From the human T2T-CHM13v2.0 reference genome, Homo sapiens, in NCBI RefSeq assembly GCF_009914755.1, contig NC_060937.1: a DNA stretch of 64,000 nt. The stretch is one strand, 5' to 3'. The notes beneath the pieces are model-generated. The model made no database searches. It was not told where the DNA came from and saw only the letters and a list, made by a program, of their open reading frames with translations. Position 1 is the stretch's first letter, and each line of letters begins with the position of its first letter. The position numbers and the translations under genes are program-made. Positions 56,780 to 64,000 of the stretch are shown here, in pieces.

Positions 56780-57784
56780 CTACACATCACTGGGCGAGCG
56801 CGCTCTCTGGGCGAGACTGGACGGGATGCAGCCGCAGCAAATGAGACAGAGCGCTTTCTGGATCTCTTGGTTTCTGAAAGCATATATGACAGGGTTGATG
56901 ATGGAATTGTAGGTGGCGGGCAGGAGGGTGGCGTAGGTATAGATGGAGGGGTAGGTGTAATCCGCTATCAAGGAATAGAGGGTGAAAGGCATCCAGCAAG
57001 CAGCAAACGTCCCCAGGATGATAGCCAGGGTGGAGACCCCTTTCCGGGTGGTCACATAGTGCGACGTGGCCAGGAAGTGGTGCTGCAGGGCTATCTGATG
57101 GGCGTGCCTCATCACAATCTTACAGATCTGGATGTAGAGCTGAAGCATGAGCGCAAACATGAAGAGGAAGGACACCGAGAGGATGGCCGCGTTGTTCTTG
57201 GTGAGCGGTCTGACCACGCTGCAGGTGGACTCGTCTCGGAGGCAGTTCCAGCCCATGACGGGCAGCAGCCCCAGGCAGATGGAGGTCCCCCAGAGCATGA
57301 CGAGCATGACATAGGTAAACGTGACCGTCCTCTCCGAATGGTACGTCAGAGCGTAGTACAGTGAGAGGTAGCGGTCAACAGTGATAGCCAGCAAGCTGCA
57401 GACAGAGGCAGAGAAAGAGGCGACAATGAGGCCGATCGTGACCAGCTTGGTGGCTTCTGACTGAAGCAGGTAGGCAAAAACAAAATTGGTGATGAGTCCA
57501 ATGCCGGCCAGCAGGTCTGCAAGAGCCAGGCTGCCTATTAGCAGGAACATGGGTGCTCGCAGGCTGGGGTTGTGGAAGATGATAAGGACCACAATGGCAT
57601 TTTCACAGGAGATGAGGGTTCCCGAGGTACACAAGACAATGTCCCAGGGGTTGACTACGAGCTCAGGCTCTGGCTCTACGGCAGGAACCCGGGAGGAGAC
57701 AGCAGCCGAGATGTTCTCCGCAGCAGCGGCATCTAAATAATCCCGAGGCAGCCCGCTTAAATTGACCTTCAGGTCTTCATTCAT
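56780..57784 (-). CDS. GPR12: G protein-coupled receptor 12, orphan constitutively Gs-active class A GPCR (GPR3/6/12 group), 334 aa, intronless CDS
   Basis: ORF MNEDLKVNLSGLPRDYLDAAAAENIS...RARSPSDV with seven hydrophobic segments, LALAD (TM2), DRY, CWMP and NPVIY motifs. The true ATG is 'cat' at 57782-57784 (context aaaATGa). The ORF track's 7 extra residues start at a TTG in the splice-acceptor region. Confidence 0.98.
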   Translation of the reverse strand: MNEDLKVNLSGLPRDYLDAAAAENISAAVSSRVPAVEPEPELVVNPWDIVLCTSGTLISCENAIVVLIIFHNPSLRAPMFLLIGSLALADLLAGIGLITNFVFAYLLQSEATKLVTIGLIVASFSASVCSLLAITVDRYLSLYYALTYHSERTVTFTYVMLVMLWGTSICLGLLPVMGWNCLRDESTCSVVRPLTKNNAAILSVSFLFMFALMLQLYIQICKIVMRHAHQIALQHHFLATSHYVTTRKGVSTLAIILGTFAACWMPFTLYSLIADYTYPSIYTYATLLPATYNSIINPVIYAFRNQEIQKALCLICCGCIPSSLAQRARSPSDV

Positions 57785-57799
57785 TTTAACCCCTGTCCT

Positions 57800-58535
57800 C
57801 TTCAACGAAAAGACAGGCTTTTTAATGTTTAAATACAGCAGGGTGACAATCCAAGATCATGCAAAAAACACACAGACAAACAGAAAGCCAGCCCCTGCTC
57901 AGATACCAGTACCAAATGCCACAAGCTTCGGGAATGAGGAACTGTTGGGAAATGAAACAAAAGCCAAAGTCTCTGTGGTTTAAACCCCACAACAAAAATG
58001 CCGTTTGGCATTGGGGAAAACACAGGGTAGGACTTCAAAACACCAGCGTGAGCGAGGCAGGCACACACGGACTCGCGGCGGTCTGTTTGCAACAGCGCTG
58101 GGAATGCACATTGGAAAATCACATCTTGCATGCTGAAAACGAACAACTGTTTGACATCTGGGCTGCTGCCGAGAAAACCACGCGGCAGCGGCAGGTCTCG
58201 AGCCAGGGGCCGCCATCCTCGATGGAATATTTAAATCGCCTATTTCCATCGAACTCCCACCCTCCAAACGCATCCCCCGCGCGCGTGCACATCCTCAAAC
58301 GCACCCCCGACCGGAACAAAGAGGGGCTCCAGACTCCCCCCGTGCGCACGGGGCAGTCGGGAGGGCCACGAGAGGGAGGTGTGTGCAATGGAAGTACCGA
58401 GACAGACAGACAGACAGATGCCCATGCACTGCTGCCGATTCCCTGGCGGCGGGGACGGGAGTCGGACGCGAGGGGGACAGACAGGGTGCGGGGACAGGCG
58501 GCCCGCGGGGGCGGGGGGGTCATCGAGGGGGTCAC
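57800..58535 (-). other. GPR12: Probable 5' UTR intron of GPR12 (736 bp)
   Basis: GT...AG ends on the minus strand, with a pyrimidine-rich tract before the AG at 57801-57800. Confidence 0.55.
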
Positions 58536-59030
58536 CTTGGCTCGCCCAGGCCGAGGGGGCTCCTCCGGTGCTTCCGAAGCGCGTGGGCTACTCGTGTCGC
58601 ATGTCGGCGCAGTTGCCCGCTGTGGCAAGCGGGGGGCGGCCGGGCTCCGGAGCGGGCCGGGAGGGCGCGGGGCGCGCACTCCGCGGCAGGTGAGCGGCGC
58701 GGCTGCAGGTGAGCAGCAGCCTCGGCTCGCGCGCCCAGCTTTCCCCGCCGCGCCCGCCCGGCCCACACGCTCCCCGCGCGCGCGCCGCCCCCGCCCCGCG
58801 CGCGCCCGGCCGCCCGCCCGCCCGCGGGATCCCCGGGAGGCCGCGCGCCCCCACGGGTCAGGGCTGCTCTAGGGTGCGGGCAGGCGAGGGCGGCCCAGGG
58901 GCGCGGGGCGAGGGGCGAAGGAGCCAGGAGGCTGAGAACTGCATGGTAGCCCTGCCTGCCTGCCGCGCTGCGCGCCCCACCCCAGCCGGCGGCCCCGGGC
59001 TTGCACCGGGCGGGGCAGGGGAGCGCTGCC
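58040..59030. promoter_or_regulatory. CpG island / TATA-less GPR12 promoter
   Basis: Very high GC and CpG density (cgcgcgcgcg, GC boxes ccgccccg at ~58790) immediately 5' of the gene. Confidence 0.9.
58536..58745 (-). other. GPR12: Probable non-coding exon 1 (5' UTR) of GPR12; 5' boundary approximate
   Basis: Minus-strand donor CCAAG|GTGACC at 58536/58535 inside the CpG island. Acceptor ctgtcttttcgttgaag|AGGACAGGGGTTAAAATG lies 15 nt upstream of the ATG. Confidence 0.6.
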
Positions 59031-60099
59031 TGGAGCCCTGTGACCTATTTCGTTCCTGTGGTTTCCCTGGGGAGCTCCAAGTCTCTACAGTCCTGGCTTT
59101 TCCACGCCTTTACCTAAACCACTACATTCAGGGCCAAAAGAATTGCTTAGGATGATATTCACGATCAGCAGCAGGGATGCGGGGTGGACAGGTTAGGGAA
59201 GCAGATCTTTAAAACAACAAAATGCCCCGCACGCTTTTTTAGAATTGCCCATGGTCCTGGACCTGGTTCATTATCACTGTTCCCCAGGAACATTTGCTTA
59301 ACTGGATAGATGCTGCTGCTCTGTGGATCATCATTATCATCACCAAATTGCACTTATTAAGCGCTCTTTGAGCTGTGTTTTCAAATGGAAATCATTTACT
59401 GAGTTCTTGTAGAAGCTTCCTGCAGACATTGGCCAAACCCCAATTCATTTAGATACTGAAGTGGCACTATTAATTTATTTTTTCATTTTGCCACATCAAT
59501 GGATTCTAAGATGAAGAACCTGATAGCTGTCTGCTTTTATGATCCCATGCCTCCTCTGGATATAAAAACCAGAGCACCTCATAGATCTTAAGTTCCAAGA
59601 TGATCCTCCAGTTTAAAGATGGGATAAGGAAAAAGTGTGATAGTCTTGTCTTGCCCTGTCAGAGGTGAAGGTTTTCCCACTGCTTTTCTTCCACTTGCCC
59701 AGGGGCTCTTGTATGAATGGAGATGGTCTGCAGGCAAGGGACCCTACAGGGGCATCATCAGCTGACCAGCCTGCCTTCCCCTGGTGCTCACGTCTTCTCT
59801 ACCCCAGCCCAACAGATTCGGAGCCTCAATCACCCTTGACTTTCTTCCCGCTTCTCCTTCCCTTCTTCCATCAATCAGTTTCTGGCTCTGCAAGGTCACT
59901 CCAGCTCTCCCTGCATGCCACTTCTCATCATCCTCAGCTCCCTGGTTGAGGCCCTCATCCCCTCTCACCTGCATTTCTGGTACCCACCTGCCTCTCCCTT
60001 TCCCAACCTCCTCGATTTGGCACATCTATTCCATGATGTCCAAGACCTCCTGCTACCTCCAGAATAGTCTGAACTTTTTACCTTGACAGATTCTGCTCA

Positions 60100-60200
60100 G
60101 TAGTTCTTGGGGTGGGCCTACCTTCTGCATTTGCAAGCCTCTTCCCCAGTGATGCTGCTGCTGCTGCTGGTTCACAGATCACACTTTGAGAAGCAAGGTT
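60100..60200. mobile_element. MER5A fragment
   Basis: gggtgggcc...ctgcattt...ccagtgatgctgctgctgctgg...cacactttgagaagca. Confidence 0.65.
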
Positions 60201-62149
60201 CTATGGAGTTTTCAGAGTGGCTTGTTCATGGTGGGGAGGCATCAGACTCGTGTGTGTCCCAAGAACCGGGCTAAGGGCTGGGCATAGAAATTCAGTAAGA
60301 CACGGTCTCCAGTCTGGTAGTGACACACACACAAATCAACAATAATGCCAGGCAGCAAATGCTGTCATGAAGGGATGTAATCTTCTTCTCAATTCTACAT
60401 GATGCATCAAAGAATTTTAGAATGAAGCGATGAAAAATGAACAGTCACTTAACAAACATGTAGTAGTTTTGGCATAATATAGCTCAACCTACATGGCAAA
60501 ATTTTGGGCACCTCACATTGGCATTGCAGTTTAGGGAAAGCGAATGCATAGGGCTAGCCAGACACTATTCTAGCCAATAACACTGACATGGTTTATGGCC
60601 CTGACTTCACGGAGCTTAAAGGGGTGGGACTTTTTAATTCAGTCGTTAATGTGTTTGAGAATTTTTTTTAAAAAAGAGCTGAGTGTTGGAGGAGAGAAAA
60701 AAGTATTGAGGTGAATGGCAGAGGTATACAGATTTTTGTAAAAAAAATTTGTAAAACCTGGGAGTCAAAGGAGGAAACTGAGGCAAGTTACACCTGGGGC
60801 TTGGATACCGTCACTGGGGAGAGCCCAGGAGTTAGCTGCTAACACTGATGTGGACACTCAGCTCCCCTGTTGGTAACAGCAACTGTGTTCACAGTTCTGT
60901 CCCCACTCCCCCCGGAATGATTACTTGTAACTTCCCTGTACTCCGGATTCTATGTTCATTGGTTTATTTGTTAGGACTTTTGTTGCCAGGGAGCAGAAAT
61001 CCAATTCAAACTAGTTTAAGAAAAAAAGGCGTTTTGTTGTCTGGCATGACTAGGAAAGATCTGGAGTGGTTCACATAAAAGAAGGAGAAGCTACAGGAAA
61101 CAGGTGGCTGGCAGTCAGCCCTGCCCTGATTTATTTCTGCTTGTCTTTGCTTCTCTGTGTCTGTGTGCCTCAAACTTCTCTACCCCAGACAAGTTTCTTC
61201 CAGGCAGTCATGGAAAGTGGCCTCAGGCAGCCCTGGGCTTGCATTCTAAGACTGTATTCTTAACTTGTGAGTGGAATTCCCATGGAGAACTCTGCCCCAG
61301 CCTGGGCTGCGCCCCCTGCTCACAACCAACAATGGCAGCTAAAGGGAAAGAGTGGATCAGTTGGCCAGGCCTGGATCTCATGTGGTGTCTTGTGATGGGC
61401 ATCCCTCTGAACTTCACCAAATGGGCATTTCTGAGAGGAACAGTGAGTTGGGACACCAGGCACACCAACTCCAGGTCTGGAGGTCGGGATTCACCACAGC
61501 TTGGAACTGGGTGAGCCAATGGGGACGTTTTGCACAGCCTCAGTAACGAGGGCCATAGAGTAGCTGTCTGCAAAGCTGTCTTCTCGATGTATTCACCGCC
61601 CATGACAGGACACTGCCGCAGATGCCCTCAGAAGTGTGACATTTATTGCCTTTTCATCACTTACCTTTTTTGTCACTTTTTAAAATAACTTCAGCAAGAA
61701 GTTGTAAACCTTCAAGCATGATCTGGCATTTTCACAACCTATAGTAACGATGACTGTTTTATGTGAGAAAGGCTCGGTGCCTGTCTTAATCACACATGGC
61801 ATCTTTGCCAACTTAAACCCTGAGGGCACATTTATTAGCCCCTTCTTGTAACTGTATTTGTAAATCATGAGACTGTCACAGATTACTGGCTGAAGCAAGT
61901 CATAAACTGAGCCAGTACTGCACAGCACATGGTGTCTGTATTGAAATTTTACCAGTCAGCTTCTTTCTTGCTTATGTTAATGATTATTACCCAGTTTCCA
62001 TAGATCTGATTAATTGGTGCAGTAATCTGAACCATAGATTGACCATGCTTTAGTCTGTCCAGCCAAGGGTCTATAACACACCTAAGAATACACTATAATC
62101 CCAAATTAAAGTTTGATTTTATTGATCTCTTCATCTGACAGTAAATTTT

Positions 62150-62970
62150 ATAACTGTATAACCTACATATAGACAAGTGCATATTTCACAAGTATACAGT
62201 ACCATGAAGATATATCAGATAGATATATCTATGTACCCACTATCCATCTTGAGAAATAGAACATTACCAGTACCCCAAAGCCTTCCTCTTGCCCACTCCC
62301 AATAATTATCCTCTGAAAAGAAACCACTATTCTGAATTCTAATATAACAGATTAGGTTTGTCTGTTTTTGAACTCTATATGAATGGAATCATACAGTATG
62401 TACACTTTCATGTCTGGCTTCTTTCACTCAACATTATGTTAATGAGACATATTCATTTGGTGCAAGGAGCAGTAGTTTAATCTTTTTCATTGCTGTATGG
62501 AATTCTATCGTAGGACTATTGTGTTAGTTCGTTCAGGCTGCTATAACAAAATACATCAGACTGGGTGATTTGTAAGCCAAAGAAATTTACTGCTCACAGT
62601 TCTGGAGACTGGGAAGTTCAAGATTATGGTGCCAGCAGATTCAGTGTCTGGTGAGGGCTCATTCCTTACAGATGGCACCTTCTTCCTGTGTCCTTACTGG
62701 CAGAAGGAGCAAACAAGCTCCTACGGGCACTCATCCTATTCAAGAGGGCAGAGCTCTCAAGACCTAATCACCTCCCCAAACCCCGGTTCTCAATGCTACT
62801 ACACTGGGGATTAAGTTTCAACATAGAAATTTTGGGGGTAAACATTCAGACCACAACAAATATGCTGCCATTTTTCCATCTATTTCTTATCGATCCACAT
62901 TGGGTTGTTTTCTGGTTTTGGCTATTGTGACTAAAACCATGACAAACTTTCTTGTACATGCCATGTGATA
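62150..62970 (-). mobile_element. L1ME-like 3' end, interrupted by an LTR
   Basis: aatagaacattaccagtaccccaaag...gaatggaatcatacagtatg...tctggcttctttcactcaacattatg. Confidence 0.7.
62520..62858 (-). mobile_element. MLT1A-like MaLR solo LTR
   Basis: tgtgttagttcgttcaggctgctataacaaaatac...aaacattcagaccacaaca. Near-TSD ACTAT/AATAT. Confidence 0.85.
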
Positions 62971-63687
62971 AACGCTGGCTCAAAAGCACATTTTAATAAT
63001 TAGTTCTCCATTAAAATAATACCATGTTGCTATTTAAGGAGAGGGAGGAGACTATGAAAAATCACAACACATCCCTCCTTCCCCTTTTAAAATTCACTCT
63101 AAACTTCCATTTTAACAGAGGGCAAAGGTAGTTCATGGAAATATCAAAGAAAGAAAGAAAGACGGGAGGGACATACTACACAAAGATAATATTTAGTCTG
63201 CGGTTCTGTGTGCGAAAAGAGAGCTCCGTTGTCAACACTAACATTACTTCATTTCTACATATATTCTGGTGTTTTTTTTTTTAAGAAATATCTTTTTTCT
63301 GACTATAAACTAATAATACTTATTGCAGAAAATTTGGAGCCTACAAGTAAAATTAAAGTGTAATATGTCATGTACTCTTACAGAGAAAGCTGCTGTAAAC
63401 TTTTTGTTAATATATATTTTAATAAATTTAGTTGGGATTTTTTTTTGAGAGGAGGAGGCAGAGTAATGAGGTGTTACTTTCTGAAATGTTTTATTCACAC
63501 AAGCGCATGGAGCAATAGTTTTTCATTTTCTTTGGATTTTGAGCTACCCGTCAGTCTGCTGTCTGTGCTTTATGGTGTGGACAGCAGACAGGGACCATTC
63601 GGCTCCCTCTCTGCTCCCTCTCTCTTCTCCTAGCATCTTCCCCCTGCCCCCAACCCTTAACCCGACTCCTCCAACTCTCTCGATCCT

Positions 63688-64000
63688 TCTGGCAGGCTGG
63701 ATAATGACCCCCAAAAATATCTAGGGCCTAAATCCAGGAACCTGGGACCGTTACTTTTGTTAAAATGGGCTTTGCAGAAGTGATTAGACGTCTTGAGGTA
63801 GGAGGACATTCTGGATCCGGGTGGGTCCTGAGTATAATCACCAAGGTCTTTCCAAGGCGGAGGCAGGAGGATTAGGGTCAGTAGTAAGAGATGTGAGGGC
63901 AGAAGCAGAGGGAGAAAGACAGAGATGTGAAGATGTTGCTCTGCCTGCTGTGAGGACAGAGCAGGGGCCGGGAGCCACAGGGTGTTGGCAGGCTCTGGAA
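63688..64000 (+). mobile_element. MLT1D-like MaLR LTR (runs off the window)
   Basis: ggcaggctggataatgacccccaaa...ctttgcagaagtgatta...atccgggtgggtcc. Confidence 0.7.

Noticed and set aside
56735-57364. 209-aa plus-strand ORF
   Set aside because: Antisense shadow of the GC3-rich GPR12 CDS, with a non-ATG start
57785-57805. N-terminal extension MKRTGVK of the GPR12 ORF
   Set aside because: It starts at a TTG that overlaps the splice acceptor, so it is an ORF-caller artefact. The ATG at 57784 has good context.
58119-58766. 215-aa minus-strand ORF and other overlapping CpG-island ORFs
   Set aside because: Non-ATG start and low-complexity Pro/Arg/Ala content; stop codons are scarce in GC-rich DNA

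Overview
Primate DNA, almost certainly human. The only convincing protein-coding gene is the orphan class A GPCR GPR12 (minus strand). Its CDS is intronless (56780-57784, 334 aa), with a probable non-coding first exon in a CpG island at ~58.0-59.0 kb and a long 3' UTR running to ~53.2 kb. GPR12 places the window at 13q12, from recall. The other ~53 kb is intergenic and dense with transposon fossils: about 22 Alus, a full-length SVA with an 18-bp TSD, a complete THE1B element with a perfect 5-bp TSD, MaLR/ERV solo LTRs, L1 fragments, MIRs, and hAT/Tigger MITEs including MER6. I found no evidence of a previously undescribed biological system. The best leads are modest: a 4-codon uORF in the GPR12 leader, tandem E2-box/antisense splice-donor motifs, a 337-codon antisense ORF over the promoter, discordant LTRs in the THE1B, and several hairpin-coupled micro-duplications. 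Repeat subfamily names come from recalled consensus sequences. Boundaries without a TSD are approximate.
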